Assembly (NCBI GenBank): GCA_964457585.1
Contig: CAYWFU010000004.1
Span: forward strand, 13,927 to 77,926
From: an uncultured bacterium
GTDB lineage: Bacteria > JACRDZ01
DNA length: 64,000 nt
Direction of reading: 5' to 3'
A program made the translations under genes and the position numbers. Shown one piece after another: positions 19,508-30,337 of the stretch (position 1 is its first letter; every line of letters starts with the position of its first letter). The notes under the pieces were generated by a model that was given only the letters and a program-made list of their open reading frames with translations, made no database searches and was not told the DNA's origin.

Positions 19508-20770
19508 CTATTTTACTTCTTCCGGACTTCCTATTCTTCCCAATATTGCCGAAGCAGCAGCAATCGCAGGACTTGCAAGATAAACTTCACTTTCAGGATG
19601 TCCCATTCTGCCAACAAAATTTCGGTTAGTAGTTGCCAGGGCTTTTTCACCTTTTGCAAGAATACCCATATGTCCGCCAAGACACGGTCCGCAGGTTGGA
19701 GTACTTACAGCAGCACCTGCTTTTATGAATATTTCAATAAGTCCTTCTTTTAATGATTGCATATATATATCCTGTGTAGCTGGAATTACAATTGTTCTTA
19801 AGCTGGAATTGACTTTGCGTCCTTTTAATATTTTAGCAGCAATCCGTAAATCCTCAATTCTTCCATTAGTACATGACCCTATAACTACTTGATCAATGTT
19901 AACTTTTCCCACCTTACTTATTCCTTTTGCATTTTCAGGTAAATGAGGGAAAGCTACCTGAGGTTCAATTTTATTCACATCGATCTCTATTATTTCAGCA
20001 TATTTAGCATCAGGATCACTTGAATAAACTTTATATGGACGCTGTGCGCGGTCTTTTACATAATCTAATGTGATTTTATCAGGTGAAAATATTCCATTTT
20101 TTGCACCTGCTTCAATTGCCATATTTGCCATGCTCAAACGATTATCAATTGAAAGCTTGTCAATGACCGGTCCTGTAAATTCCATTGATTTATATAAAGC
20201 ACCATCAACTCCAATAAGTCCAATTGTATATAATATTAGATCTTTTCCTGATACCCATTTTTGCATCTTTCCTTTATAAATAAATTTAATTGATTCAGGA
20301 ACTTTAAACCATAGTTTGCCTATTGCCATTATGCTTGCAAGATCTGTACTGCCAACACCGGTTGAAAAGGCACCCAGTGCACCATAAGTGCAGGTATGAG
20401 AGTCCGCTCCGATTACTAGATCACCCGGAACAACAATCCCTTTTTCCGGAAGCAGAGCATGCTCTACGCCCATCTGACCAATTTCAAAATAATATTTGAT
20501 TTTATATTTACGTGCAAAATCCCGCAAAATTTTTACCTGTTCAGCAGATTTAATATCCTTATTTGGAGTAAAATGATCGGGAATAAGAACAACTTTATTT
20601 TGATTAAATACTTTTTTTAGTCTTAAATTTTCAAATTCCTGTATAGCTAAAGGCGCAGTTACATCATTACCCAGAGCGATATCTATATCCGCGATAATTA
20701 ATTCACCTGGTACAATTTTTTTCTTTTTTGCATGAAAAGCCAAAATTTTTTCTGTAATAGTCATTCCCAT
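19508..20770 (-). CDS. leuC: 3-isopropylmalate dehydratase large subunit (aconitase family).
   Basis: [14 protein letters not shown] start. Aconitase-family Cys ligands (SCTNGR, CGPCLG). 420 aa. Confidence 0.9.
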   Translation of the reverse strand: MGMTITEKILAFHAKKKKIVPGELIIADIDIALGNDVTAPLAIQEFENLRLKKVFNQNKVVLIPDHFTPNKDIKSAEQVKILRDFARKYKIKYYFEIGQMGVEHALLPEKGIVVPGDLVIGADSHTCTYGALGAFSTGVGSTDLASIMAIGKLWFKVPESIKFIYKGKMQKWVSGKDLILYTIGLIGVDGALYKSMEFTGPVIDKLSIDNRLSMANMAIEAGAKNGIFSPDKITLDYVKDRAQRPYKVYSSDPDAKYAEIIEIDVNKIEPQVAFPHLPENAKGISKVGKVNIDQVVIGSCTNGRIEDLRIAAKILKGRKVNSSLRTIVIPATQDIYMQSLKEGLIEIFIKAGAAVSTPTCGPCLGGHMGILAKGEKALATTNRNFVGRMGHPESEVYLASPAIAAASAILGRIGSPEEVK

Positions 20771-20783
20771 ATAATTTTTTATT

Positions 20784-22313
20784 TCACTCCTTAGATTTAC
20801 TTTTAATATTTTCCAGTTTGTTTAAAGCATTAATATAAGCTTTCGCACTAGCAACTATTATATCAGTATCAATTCCTCTGCCCAGAACTGTATTATTATT
20901 TTCTTCAAGTTCAACCGAAACATCACCCTGAGCGTCGGTCCCGCCTGTTATAGCTTTGACAATATAAGTCTGCAATTTGCTTTTTGTTTTAGTGATTTTT
21001 GAAATTGCATTATAAACTGCATCAACAGGCCCATCGCCGGTATTTTCAAAAGAAATAACTTTATCTTCGATATTAAGTGAGACTTTGGCTTTAGGTTTTT
21101 CGGTTGTGCCGCAGCATACTTCAAGCGAAACTAATTTATATTTTTCAAGAACAGTTTTTACTCCTTCAATTTCGCTTATTATCCCTAATAAATCTTCATC
21201 ATATATTTCCTTTTTTTTGTCAGCAAGTTTTTTGAAATTTTTAAAAAATTTTTCAAGTTCATCATCTTTTAATTCATATCCAAGTTCGCTTAATCTTGAT
21301 TTTAAAGCATGACGGCCTGAATGTTTCCCAAGAATAAGACGATTGCGGTCAAGCCCGATAGTTTCAGCGCTCATAATTTCATATGTTGAACGTTCTTTAA
21401 GAATTCCATCCTGATGAATTCCAGCTTCATGAGCAAATGCATTTGAACCAATAATAGCTTTATTCGGCTGGACCAAAATACCGGTCAGGTTGCTGACCAA
21501 TCTGCTTGTACGGTATATTTCATCCAGTTTTATTCCTGTTTCAAGTCCGAAGAAATTTTTTCTGGTTTCCAGGATCATTACGATTTCTTCCAATGAAGCA
21601 TTGCCAGCGCGTTCTCCCAATCCATTTATAGTACATTCAACCTGTCTGGCGCCGTTTTTTATTGCCGCAATTGAATTAGCAACAGCAAGTCCAAGGTCAT
21701 TATGACAATGGACACTTAGAATAGTTTTTTCAATTTCCGGAACATTTTTTTTAATATTATGTATTATCTCACCAAACTCTTCAGGAGTAATATAACCAAC
21801 TGTATCAGGAATATTTATGGTAGTGGCTCCGGCTTTAATTGCCGCTTTGATTACTTCATGAAGAAAAACAGGATCACTGCGTCCGGCGTCTTCTGCTGAA
21901 AATTCCACATCATCAACATATTTTTTTGCATATGCAACAGCTTCTTTTGCTGTTTTAATCACTTCGTCTTTCGACATTTTCAGCTTATATTTAAGATGAA
22001 TATCGCTGGTGGCAATAAAAGTATGTATTCTTGGTCTATCTGCTTCACGAAGAGCTTCCCCCGCATTATCTATATCTATTTGTGTTGTTCGGGCAAGCCC
22101 GCATATTATAGGACCTTTTATTTCTTTTGCAATTAATTTAACTGCTTCAAAATCACCAGGTGAAGCAATTGGAAATCCGGCTTCTATAATATCTACTTTT
22201 AGTTTTGTCAGCTGACGTGCAATTTTTAATTTTTCATCTATGTTTAAACTTGCACCGGGAGACTGTTCTCCATCTCTCAAAGTAGTATCAAAAAAAATCA
22301 CTTTATCATTCAT
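20784..22313 (-). CDS. leuA: 2-isopropylmalate synthase (LeuA/CimA family).
   Basis: [31 protein letters not shown]-terminal LeuA dimerisation region. 509 aa. Confidence 0.85.
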   Translation of the reverse strand: MNDKVIFFDTTLRDGEQSPGASLNIDEKLKIARQLTKLKVDIIEAGFPIASPGDFEAVKLIAKEIKGPIICGLARTTQIDIDNAGEALREADRPRIHTFIATSDIHLKYKLKMSKDEVIKTAKEAVAYAKKYVDDVEFSAEDAGRSDPVFLHEVIKAAIKAGATTINIPDTVGYITPEEFGEIIHNIKKNVPEIEKTILSVHCHNDLGLAVANSIAAIKNGARQVECTINGLGERAGNASLEEIVMILETRKNFFGLETGIKLDEIYRTSRLVSNLTGILVQPNKAIIGSNAFAHEAGIHQDGILKERSTYEIMSAETIGLDRNRLILGKHSGRHALKSRLSELGYELKDDELEKFFKNFKKLADKKKEIYDEDLLGIISEIEGVKTVLEKYKLVSLEVCCGTTEKPKAKVSLNIEDKVISFENTGDGPVDAVYNAISKITKTKSKLQTYIVKAITGGTDAQGDVSVELEENNNTVLGRGIDTDIIVASAKAYINALNKLENIKSKSKE

Positions 22314-22397
22314 AAGTATACTCCAATTTAATTTTAAGAAAAAAAATCCCGAAACCGGACAATGCCAGTAACGGGATTAAATTTGTCCATTTCATTA
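22314..22397 (-). promoter_or_regulatory. Putative leu leader/attenuator: a 29-codon Leu-rich leader ORF overlapping an intrinsic terminator immediately upstream of leuA.
   Basis: On the minus strand: ATG AAA TGG ACA AAT TTA ATC CCG TTA CTG GCA TTG ... ([29 protein letters not shown]). The stem aatcccg...cgggatt (22345-22378) is followed by a T-run. The leader stop TGA overlaps the leuA ATG (ATGAATGA). Confidence 0.45.
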
Positions 22398-22499
22398 TTT
22401 TAACAAAAAAAAGTTCAAAATCAAGAAAAATAATTGTAAATAGTCTTTATATATTTTTTTATTGTCTTATAATAATGTTTTATATATAATAAATTCATT

Positions 22500-22718
22500 A
22501 TGAAAAAATATATTGATGAAACAGAAGAATGGTTGAAAATGACTCCTGTACAAAGATTAAAAGAGTCAGGTAATTTATGGAAATTATATTTATCTCTAGG
22601 AGGCAGTCTTGACGCAGAACCCGATACTCAAAGTCCTTTTTACTTTTCAGAAATTTGGGATAAAAAGTCTTTTAATAGGCGGACAAGCATGCATCATTTA
22701 CGGTGCCGCAGAATTTAG
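22500..22718 (+). CDS. Small hypothetical ORF (72 aa) overlapping the start of the following gene; possibly its partner.
   Basis: ATG start. Overlaps the TTG-initiated downstream gene by 110 nt in another frame. Confidence 0.3.
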   Translation: MKKYIDETEEWLKMTPVQRLKESGNLWKLYLSLGGSLDAEPDTQSPFYFSEIWDKKSFNRRTSMHHLRCRRI

Positions 22719-23364
22719 TAAAGATTCTGATTTTATTATTTTTTGTGATTATGAAAATCTTACTAAATTAAAAAAAGCATTAAAATTCCTTAATGCAAAA
22801 AATATTTATGTGCCTTTACTAAAAAAAGAATTTCTTGAAAAAGGACACGCTTGCCATTTTAGATGTCATGATAAATCCGTAGAAAATTTAAGAATAGATA
22901 TTTTCTCAAAATTAAGAGGTTGCGATGATTTCAAAATATTATGGGAGAGAAAGTTTACAGTAGAATTTTCCAAAAACAAAAAAATAGAAGTTATAGGATT
23001 GGAAGATTTAATTAAAAGCAAAAAAACACAAAGAGATAAAGATTGGTTAATGATAAATCGTTTAATAGAAAACGATATGATATTAACTTTAACTCCTTCT
23101 AAAAATAAAATTAAATGGTGGCTTTATGAATGTCGTAATCAAAACAAATTAATTGAATTAACTAACAAAAATAAAAATTTGGCTAAAAAATGTGCAAAAA
23201 AGAGACCCCTTCTAAAAGTGGCATTGCAGGGAAATATTTTAAAATTAGAAAAATTACTTCATAAGGAAGAAATGGTAGAAAGAGAAGAAGATAAAAAATA
23301 TTGGAGTCCTTTAATAAAAGAACTTGAAATACTTAGACATAAATCTTCTCAAACAAAAACTTAA
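22609..23364 (+). CDS. Nucleotidyltransferase-fold protein (AbiEii/DUF1814-like, tentative).
   Basis: TTG start at 22609, preceded by AGGAGG at 22599-22604. GIKSLLIGGQACIIYGAAEFSKDSDFIIF fits the hG[GS]...[DE]h[DE]h polymerase-beta-type NTase motif and resembles AbiEii motif I. Confidence 0.4.
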   Translation: MTQNPILKVLFTFQKFGIKSLLIGGQACIIYGAAEFSKDSDFIIFCDYENLTKLKKALKFLNAKNIYVPLLKKEFLEKGHACHFRCHDKSVENLRIDIFSKLRGCDDFKILWERKFTVEFSKNKKIEVIGLEDLIKSKKTQRDKDWLMINRLIENDMILTLTPSKNKIKWWLYECRNQNKLIELTNKNKNLAKKCAKKRPLLKVALQGNILKLEKLLHKEEMVEREEDKKYWSPLIKELEILRHKSSQTKT

Positions 23365-23647
23365 AGAATTCCATAGTAAGTCAAAGCATAATTCTGCTCT
23401 TATTATCTATATGGGCCATGGTACAAATAATGGAAAACTAATGTTTAACGATTGCTCATTTGGAGAGAATGAGTTAAATGAGCTTAAAAAAAATGGAATA
23501 GATACATCTATACTTTCAGGCATGTTTATCTTTGCCTGTTTTGGTTCTATTTTTGCAAAAAACCTTGGATGTTCATGGATATCCTTTGATAAAGAAGTGC
23601 TAAGTGAAGCACCAAAAGCATATATGCATCGTCTTATACAATTTTAA
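23324..23647 (+). CDS. Hypothetical 107-aa ORF overlapping the 3' end of the NTase gene.
   Basis: ORF only. It overlaps the previous gene by 41 nt in another frame. It could be a frameshifted C-terminal extension. Confidence 0.25.
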   Translation: MKYLDINLLKQKLKEFHSKSKHNSALIIYMGHGTNNGKLMFNDCSFGENELNELKKNGIDTSILSGMFIFACFGSIFAKNLGCSWISFDKEVLSEAPKAYMHRLIQF

Positions 23648-23687
23648 ACTTTATAAATTTTATTTATTTTGACAAACTTTATAAAGT

Positions 23688-24311
23688 TTGATAATATATC
23701 AAACAAGTGGAAAATATATGACTATTCAAGAAAAACTGCAAATTATTCAAAAAATAACCGGATTGACTCAGACTAGATTGGCTGAAAAGTTCGGTGTGTC
23801 TTTCGTTGCTTTCAACAATTGGTGGACTGGTAAATCTTCACCACGGCCGAAAATGCTCTCAGCTATTGACGAGTTATTTTTGGAAGTAACCGGGCAAAAG
23901 ATTATTCCCGTTGAACTCTTGACTGCCAAAAAGCAGATATTGGTCAAAAAATCCAGAGATCATAAAAATGTTATTGCCGAAATATTAAATAGTCCGGATA
24001 TTTGCGACACATTTCTGCTTAAACTTACTTATAACAGCAATCGCATTGAAGGCAGTACTTTGACTGAGCCGGATACCTATTCAAACCTTAATGCTTCAAC
24101 AGGATTTAAATTTGAAGCTTGTCGTGCCGGCCAAATTCCAAAACCCATTCCAATTCCAATGGAAAATGTAGTAGCAAGAATGATAGAAAAGGATGAAATT
24201 GATGTTGGCCAATCAGCAAGACTTGCCAATAACATTGAAATTCCAACGCCCATAAAAATTCCGGATATTCCACCAAGAGAGGTCATAACAATTGATTCAA
24301 TAAGAAATTGA
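23688..24311 (+). pseudogene. Truncated HTH-Fic family gene: XRE-type HTH plus the N-terminal Fic motif only; the Fic core is missing.
   Basis: HTH (TQTRLAEKFGVSFVAFNNWWTGKSSPRPKMLSAIDELF). Fic N-terminal signature [16 protein letters not shown]. No HPFx[DE]GNGR core. The 3' part of the ORF (24077-24311) is antisense to the macB gene end, so the gene is cut off. Confidence 0.5.
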
Positions 24312-26050
24312 ATCATTATATCTTTTTTTCTGGCTCCAATAGCTTTACGAAGTCCGATTTCTTTAGTTCTTTCGGTCACAGAAACAAGCATTATATTCAT
24401 GATTCCAATTCCACCTACTAAGAGAGAAATAGTAGCTATTGAACCTAAAAGCCATGCAAGAGTTTTTGTAGTGCTTGACATTGCTTCTTGTATGTCTGCC
24501 ATATTTCGTATTGAAAATGAATTCTCATCTTTTTTACTTAAGTGATGTCTATAAGTAATTACTTTTTTAATGTCTTTTTGCGCTTCTTCCATTTGTTGAA
24601 TTTCGCTTACTTCAACATCAATTGAATCAAGAAATTCTTTTCCAAACACTCTATACATTGCAGTTGTATATGGGATAACGATAACATCATCATTATCCCT
24701 CCAGCCTGTTGCTCCTTTTTCAGGTAGAATTCCAATAATTCTAAAATTCATACTATTTATTTTTATGATTGCTTCAAGGGGATTTTCACCTTCATCAAAA
24801 AGTTGATTTATAACAGTTTTTCCAATTACTGCAACTTTTTCTCTTCCGATTAATTCTCCTTTTGTAAAAAAACGTCCTTTTGCAGGAACAGCCGCGCGGA
24901 TGTCAGGATAGTTTTCAGCAACTCCCTGTACTCTGGTGTTCCAATTTTTATTTTCATAAACAACTTGTCCTCTGCCATTTGCATTAGGTCCAACTCTTTT
25001 TATAATAGGTATTTTGGCTAAAGCATCTGCATCCTGTATAGTTAAACGTGTTACAGAACCGGCTTCTAGAGAAACCCCATGCATTTGTGTTGATCCAGGC
25101 ATTACTATTAAAAGGTTAGATCCCAGAGCAGATAAACTTTTAGCTATATTTTCTTTTGCTCCTTGACCAAGAGCGAGCATTGCAATAACAGCGGCAACCC
25201 CAATGAAAATTCCTAACATTGAAAGCAGAGAACGCATTTTATGCGAAAAAATTGAATCCATTGCCTGACGCAGATGATCAGAAAATTCAGCCTTACCCAT
25301 TGGACTGGCAGGTTCATAATTTTCTCCCTGTTCATTGGGCTTGCAATCTAATATTTTTTTTGACGAAACAGTAGGAATTTTTGTCTGATCAGAAATAATT
25401 TTTCCATCGCGCATCTTGATAATCCTTTTAGCGTGTTTAGCAACATCTTCTTCATGCGTAATCATAACAATAGTTTTACCTTCTTTGTTAAGATTCTCCA
25501 GAATTTTCATTATTTCATCCTGACTTTTTGTATCAAGATTACCTGTTGGTTCGTCAGCAAATATTACAAGCGGATCATTAACCAGTGCGCGAGCAATTGA
25601 AACTCTCTGCTGTTGTCCGCCTGATAATTCATTAGTATAATTTGTTTTTTTGTCTCTTAAACCAACTGCTTCTAATTTTCTTTCCGCTTTTTCAAATAAA
25701 TGCTTACGGCCGCCATATATTAAAGGAAGCTTAACATTATCGACTGTTGTTAATTTTGGAAGTAAATGAAATTGTTGAAAAACGAAACCTATGGACTGAT
25801 TTCGTAGAACTGCTAAATCATCTTCGCTGAATTTAGAAGTATCTTTACCGTTAAAAAAATATTCTCCTTCATCAGGTCTGTCTAAAAAACCTAATAAATG
25901 AAGCATGGTTGATTTTCCTGAACCGGAAGGTCCCATAATGGCAACAAATTCACCTTCATCAATTTTTAAATCAACTCCGCAAAGAGCCTTAAATTCAACT
26001 TTGCCTGTTCTATAAGTTTTTGCTAAATTTTTTATTTCTATTACTGTCAT
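24077..26050 (-). CDS. macB: MacB-type ABC transporter (fused ATPase-permease).
   Basis: MTVIEIKNL start at 26050; the ORF-track start at 26143 is an upstream extension antisense to the Gly-rich tail of the MFP gene. [24 protein letters not shown], then a periplasmic domain and FtsX-type TM helices. Confidence 0.85.
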   Translation of the reverse strand: MTVIEIKNLAKTYRTGKVEFKALCGVDLKIDEGEFVAIMGPSGSGKSTMLHLLGFLDRPDEGEYFFNGKDTSKFSEDDLAVLRNQSIGFVFQQFHLLPKLTTVDNVKLPLIYGGRKHLFEKAERKLEAVGLRDKKTNYTNELSGGQQQRVSIARALVNDPLVIFADEPTGNLDTKSQDEIMKILENLNKEGKTIVMITHEEDVAKHAKRIIKMRDGKIISDQTKIPTVSSKKILDCKPNEQGENYEPASPMGKAEFSDHLRQAMDSIFSHKMRSLLSMLGIFIGVAAVIAMLALGQGAKENIAKSLSALGSNLLIVMPGSTQMHGVSLEAGSVTRLTIQDADALAKIPIIKRVGPNANGRGQVVYENKNWNTRVQGVAENYPDIRAAVPAKGRFFTKGELIGREKVAVIGKTVINQLFDEGENPLEAIIKINSMNFRIIGILPEKGATGWRDNDDVIVIPYTTAMYRVFGKEFLDSIDVEVSEIQQMEEAQKDIKKVITYRHHLSKKDENSFSIRNMADIQEAMSSTTKTLAWLLGSIATISLLVGGIGIMNIMLVSVTERTKEIGLRKAIGARKKDIMIQFLIESIVMTSLGGISGIFMGVGISMLLASLADWPTSISSFSIILATTFSIGIGMGFGIWPARQASNLNPVEALRFE

Positions 26051-26069
26051 TTTTTTCCCTGAAATAATA

Positions 26070-27758
26070 TTATCTTCTACCACCACCGCCACCACTACTA
26101 CTACTGCCAAATAAGCCCATTGGTCTAGGAGTGTTTTTATCATCTTTTTTAGGTAATGTTTTATTGATTACCTCACCTTCATTTATTCCCGAAATTACTT
26201 CAGTGTACTCATAATTATTGACTCCTGTTGTAATTTCACGAGGTAATTGTTTTCCATTTTCCATAACAAACACTAATTTGTTTTTACCTTTTTCTTTAAT
26301 TGCATCATTTGGAATAAATAAAACATTTTTTCGTTCCTCTGAAATTATATCCAAAGATGCATTCATTCCCGGTCTTAGAATTGAACGAGGATTTTCAATC
26401 TCAATTGTAACTTCAAAGGTTGTAACATTTGATACCACTGCTCCTTGTGGAGCTATTAAAAGAACCTTCCCTTTAAAATTTTCTTTTGGAAATGCATCAA
26501 CAACAATTTTTACCCTTTGATTTAAAAGTACTTTACCTATATCAGTTTCATCTACATTTGCTTTAACATAAACTCTTGTTAAATCAGCCATTGTAAGAAG
26601 TGTTGTCCCGCCGTTTACTGATGATATTCCGGATGATATTATATTTCCTTCTTGAACAAGTTTTTGAAGAATTGTTCCAGTGATAGGTGCTGTAACCAAT
26701 GTATCTTTATTTCTATCATTTGCTTCTTTTAAAGCTGATTTAGTACGTACAACTTCTGCTTCATTTGAATCCAAATCTTTTTTCTTTATTTCAATTTGAG
26801 ATTTATTGGATATAGCTAAACTTAGCGAGTTTTCTGCGTTTTTAACACTTGATTTTGCAACTTCTAAATCATTTTCTCTGATTATTTCATCTTTTAACTT
26901 TTGATTTGCGGCTTCAAGCGCATATTCCGCCTGTTTTACTTCAAGCTCAGCTAATTGAATATCTTCTTTTGTAGCCGAGTTTTTAACTATTTCTAAATTC
27001 TGTACAGCAGATTCATTTTGAGCTTTTGCATCCTCAAATTTTGCTTTAGCATTATCTAAATTTTCTTTTGAAACATAACCTTGTTCACCGAGTTTATTCA
27101 ATCTTTCATATTGTTTTTGCATTAGTTCTAAATTTGATTTAGATTGATTTAAAGTTGCTTCAGCCCTTTTTATTTCTTCCGGACGAGAACCTATTTTTAA
27201 TTTATTTAATTTTAGTTTAGCAATATTCAAATTGTTTTTTGCATTTTCAATATCTCTTAAATTTGTTGTTTTTTCGTTTTCAATTTTACTTTGCAATGTT
27301 TCCAGTTCTTTTTTTGCAGTTGCCAATGCTTCTTGTTTCAGAGCAATCTCTGTCTCGTTTTGTTTTGTTTGTAATTCAATATTTATTTTTGCTTGTTCTA
27401 ATTTTGCTCTGGCAGATCTTAAATATGCTTCAGCCTGATCTACGTTAGGTTGTGTATAAGTTTTTTCAACTTCAGCAATAAGTTGTCCGTCTTTTAAGAA
27501 ATCGCCTTTTTCAACCGGCATTTTAAGAATTTTGCCGCTTGCAGTTGATTTAACTTCTACAATTTCCCATGGCTCAATTGTTCCCGTAACATTAACAGAA
27601 ACAACAATATTTCCTCTTTTCACCGTAAAATAATTTTCTTCAATCGAACCTTTAGTTTTATCTTTCAATAAAAGATTACTTGCTAAAAATAAAGCAGCAA
27701 GCAAAGATAACAAAATAATTATAAATTTTTTAGATTTAAAATTCATCACCAATTGCAT
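26070..27758 (-). CDS. macA: Membrane fusion protein (MacA/HlyD family periplasmic adaptor) with a long coiled coil.
   Basis: Signal/TM. Long heptad-rich coiled coil (AKLEQAKINIELQTKQNETEIALKQEALATAKKELETLQ...). Beta-barrel/lipoyl-like segments. Gly/Ser-rich C-terminal tail. Confidence 0.8.
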   Translation of the reverse strand: MQLVMNFKSKKFIIILLSLLAALFLASNLLLKDKTKGSIEENYFTVKRGNIVVSVNVTGTIEPWEIVEVKSTASGKILKMPVEKGDFLKDGQLIAEVEKTYTQPNVDQAEAYLRSARAKLEQAKINIELQTKQNETEIALKQEALATAKKELETLQSKIENEKTTNLRDIENAKNNLNIAKLKLNKLKIGSRPEEIKRAEATLNQSKSNLELMQKQYERLNKLGEQGYVSKENLDNAKAKFEDAKAQNESAVQNLEIVKNSATKEDIQLAELEVKQAEYALEAANQKLKDEIIRENDLEVAKSSVKNAENSLSLAISNKSQIEIKKKDLDSNEAEVVRTKSALKEANDRNKDTLVTAPITGTILQKLVQEGNIISSGISSVNGGTTLLTMADLTRVYVKANVDETDIGKVLLNQRVKIVVDAFPKENFKGKVLLIAPQGAVVSNVTTFEVTIEIENPRSILRPGMNASLDIISEERKNVLFIPNDAIKEKGKNKLVFVMENGKQLPREITTGVNNYEYTEVISGINEGEVINKTLPKKDDKNTPRPMGLFGSSSSGGGGGRR

Positions 27759-28995
27759 CCTCCCATTCAGCTTGTTTTATTTTGTAATTATAATAAGCAT
27801 CGAAAATATTTATTTTTGCTTCATTGTAGACAACTTCAGCATCAATCAAATTTAAGTTTGAAACAAGTCCGTTTTGATATTGTACTTTTACTATATTGTA
27901 ATTTTTTTCAGATAATGCAAGATTCTTTTTTGAAACTTCAAGAGAAATTTTTAAATTTTCTAATTCATTATATATTTTTTTTATATTTAAAATAATTTCT
28001 CTTTCAAGCTTAATCCGTTCTTCACTAATTCTGTCTTTATCTGTTTCCGCCTGCCTGACATTTGTTTTTGTTAAACCGGCATCGAAAATCTGCCATGATA
28101 AACTGATCCCTGCTCTCCAATCTCTATCTTTAAAATTTATTTTATCATCGCTCCAATTATAACTTCCTGAACCTGATACTATTGGCAAATATCCTGTTTT
28201 AGCAATTTGAATATTTGTTTTTGAAATTTCCTGCTCATAATTTTTTATTTTCAATTGATAATTATTTTTTATTGCTTTATTTGTATATTCTTCTAAAACT
28301 AAACTTTCAACAAATATTTTTTTTATTCCATCATCGATACTTTCATTTGAAATAAATTTAAAATCATTTTCAATTTCAACATTTAAAATATTATTTAAAA
28401 TCATTTTTGCGGATTTTAATGCGTTTTGAGTTGTATTTAAATTTTGTCGTGTTTTTTCAAGAGTAATTTCTGCGCGTAAAACCTCAGTTTCAATTACCTT
28501 TCCTATCTCTAATAAATTTTTAGCATATTTAAGCTGCTCTTCATCACGATTAAATGAATCTTTATAAAAATTTAATTTTGATTCCAAAAGTAAAATATTA
28601 AAAAATGCTGTTTTTACTTCTAATATAATTTTATGTTTTATTTCAGTTTCTAAATATTTAGTTTGTTCAATTGATAAATTAGACTGATCAATTTGCAAAT
28701 AATTTTTACGATTGAAAATACTTTGGTTAACACTTACTGAGTTTAAAAACGTATTGCTACCATCTGCTCCTTGTGGTTTAAGATGAGAATAACTGCTTCC
28801 TAAATTAACAGAAGGGTATAACAATGTCTTATTTTTATCTTTTTGTAATATTACATTTTCCTTGTTTTTTTGATTAATTTTCCAGTCTGAATTATTTTTA
28901 AGAGCAATTTCTATTGCACTGTTTAAAGATAGTTCTTCACAATGTATATTTTGTGTAAAAATAAAAAATAAAAACATTATTGTTATTAAATCCAT
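27736..28995 (-). CDS. TolC-like outer membrane efflux protein.
   Basis: Signal peptide. Two OEP repeats with coiled-coil segments. 419 aa. Directly upstream of macA-macB. Confidence 0.75.
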   Translation of the reverse strand: MDLITIMFLFFIFTQNIHCEELSLNSAIEIALKNNSDWKINQKNKENVILQKDKNKTLLYPSVNLGSSYSHLKPQGADGSNTFLNSVSVNQSIFNRKNYLQIDQSNLSIEQTKYLETEIKHKIILEVKTAFFNILLLESKLNFYKDSFNRDEEQLKYAKNLLEIGKVIETEVLRAEITLEKTRQNLNTTQNALKSAKMILNNILNVEIENDFKFISNESIDDGIKKIFVESLVLEEYTNKAIKNNYQLKIKNYEQEISKTNIQIAKTGYLPIVSGSGSYNWSDDKINFKDRDWRAGISLSWQIFDAGLTKTNVRQAETDKDRISEERIKLEREIILNIKKIYNELENLKISLEVSKKNLALSEKNYNIVKVQYQNGLVSNLNLIDAEVVYNEAKINIFDAYYNYKIKQAEWEDAIGDEF

Positions 28996-28997
28996 GT

Positions 28998-29729
28998 TTA
29001 ATACAATCCTCTAATATCATTCAATCTAATCTTAAATACATCTCTAAACATTTTTAAAGAATCCTTAACTATTTTTACTTTTGAATCAGGAGAATTTATC
29101 CATCTTATTGGTACTTCTTTTATAGGTATTTGATTTTTTTTGGCAATAAATAGGATTTCCACATCAAAACTGAAATGATTAAGTTTTTGGAGAGGAAATA
29201 TTTTATTTTTTGCTGCACTTGTAAATAGTTTAAATCCGCATTGAGTATCTTCGAATTTAAGTCCTGTTAGAGATTTTATGATTTTGTTGAATATTTTCCC
29301 CATGCTTTGACGTATGATATTCTGTCTTTTTTCAACATTTGCCCCTTTTATTGTTCTTGAGCCAATAGCTATTTCAAATTTTTTATCCTGAACAATATCC
29401 AGTAATTTTTCAATCTCCTTAATAGGAGTTGAACCGTCAGCATCAGTAAATAATGAGTAATTTCCGGTTGCTTCCAGCATACCTCTTTTAACCGAATATC
29501 CTTTTCCCATATTCTGAGTATTTTCTATTAAAATTATATTATTATCAGGATAGTCATTTCTAAAATTGGTAACAATTTTACTTGTGGAATCAATGCTTCC
29601 ATCATTTACAACTAAGATTTCAAAGGTAATATCAGTTTTTTTGGTATAATCAATGATTTCTTTAAGATAGTTACCAAGTCTTTTTTCTTCATTATAAGCG
29701 GGTATAATAATTGAAACTTTTTTATCCAT
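28998..29729 (-). CDS. Family 2 glycosyltransferase (Dpm1/GtrB-like).
   Basis: VSIIIPAYNEE...VVNDGSIDST...DADG. 243 aa. Confidence 0.8.
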   Translation of the reverse strand: MDKKVSIIIPAYNEEKRLGNYLKEIIDYTKKTDITFEILVVNDGSIDSTSKIVTNFRNDYPDNNIILIENTQNMGKGYSVKRGMLEATGNYSLFTDADGSTPIKEIEKLLDIVQDKKFEIAIGSRTIKGANVEKRQNIIRQSMGKIFNKIIKSLTGLKFEDTQCGFKLFTSAAKNKIFPLQKLNHFSFDVEILFIAKKNQIPIKEVPIRWINSPDSKVKIVKDSLKMFRDVFKIRLNDIRGLY

Positions 29730-29832
29730 ATTTTCTCCATATAAAAAATAATTGACATGGCAATCTCAATATGATACCATAATTCGCTAAATGTGAGAAG
29801 GAAAAATATGAAATAATTTAGAAGGGGAAAGT

Positions 29833-30255
29833 ATGTCAGTAGAAAGAACATTTACAATTATTAAACCTGATGCAGTTTCAAGAAAGTTAGCCGGAGAAAT
29901 TATTCATAGATATGAAAATAATGGTTTTAAAATAGTAGGTATGAAAATTTTATATATGAATAAAAAAATCGCAGAAGGTTTTTATGCGGTACATAAAGAA
30001 AGGTCTTTTTTTAATGACCTTGTAAAATTTATGACTTCAGGTCCTTCAATTATTATGGTTTTGGAAGCAGAAGATGCAATTTTACGTCTTCGAAAACTTA
30101 TGGGTGCAACTAATCCCAAAGATGCGGAAATAGGAACTATTAGAAGAGAATTAGCTTCTGATATTGAAAAAAATGCAGTTCATGGTTCCGATTCAGCCAA
30201 ATCAGCTGATTATGAAATTAATTATTTTTTTAAGCCGGAAGAATTGATAAATTAG
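29833..30255 (+). CDS. ndk: Nucleoside diphosphate kinase.
   Basis: [23 protein letters not shown]. Active-site His in AVHGSDS. 140 aa. Confidence 0.9.
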   Translation: MSVERTFTIIKPDAVSRKLAGEIIHRYENNGFKIVGMKILYMNKKIAEGFYAVHKERSFFNDLVKFMTSGPSIIMVLEAEDAILRLRKLMGATNPKDAEIGTIRRELASDIEKNAVHGSDSAKSADYEINYFFKPEELIN

Positions 30256-30267
30256 TTTTAATTTGCA

Positions 30268-30310
30268 GGGACGAGATGATGGGAAGCTATTCATCAAATG
30301 TCCCTTTTTT
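30268..30310 (+). terminator. Putative intrinsic terminator after ndk.
   Basis: gggac ... gtccc stem with an inner gatga/tcatc tier, followed by tttttt (30305-30310). Confidence 0.45.
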
Positions 30311-30337
30311 AATATAGATTAGTAGAAAGAGAGGCAT

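Noticed and set aside
22314-22500. T-box riboswitch upstream of leuA.
   Set aside because: No specifier-loop/T-box consensus (AATTAGGGTGGNACCGCG-like) is visible; only a leader ORF and terminator, reported separately.
26051-26143. N-terminal extension MIKTLLDQWAYLAVVVVVAVVVEDNIISGKK on the macB ORF.
   Set aside because: It is antisense to the Gly/Ser-rich tail of the upstream MFP gene. The genuine start MTVIEIKNL at 26050 aligns with ABC ATPase N-termini.
29612-29851. 79-aa minus-strand ORF.
   Set aside because: It overlaps the 5' end of the GT2 gene and the ndk promoter/start. It has no motif and is most likely spurious.
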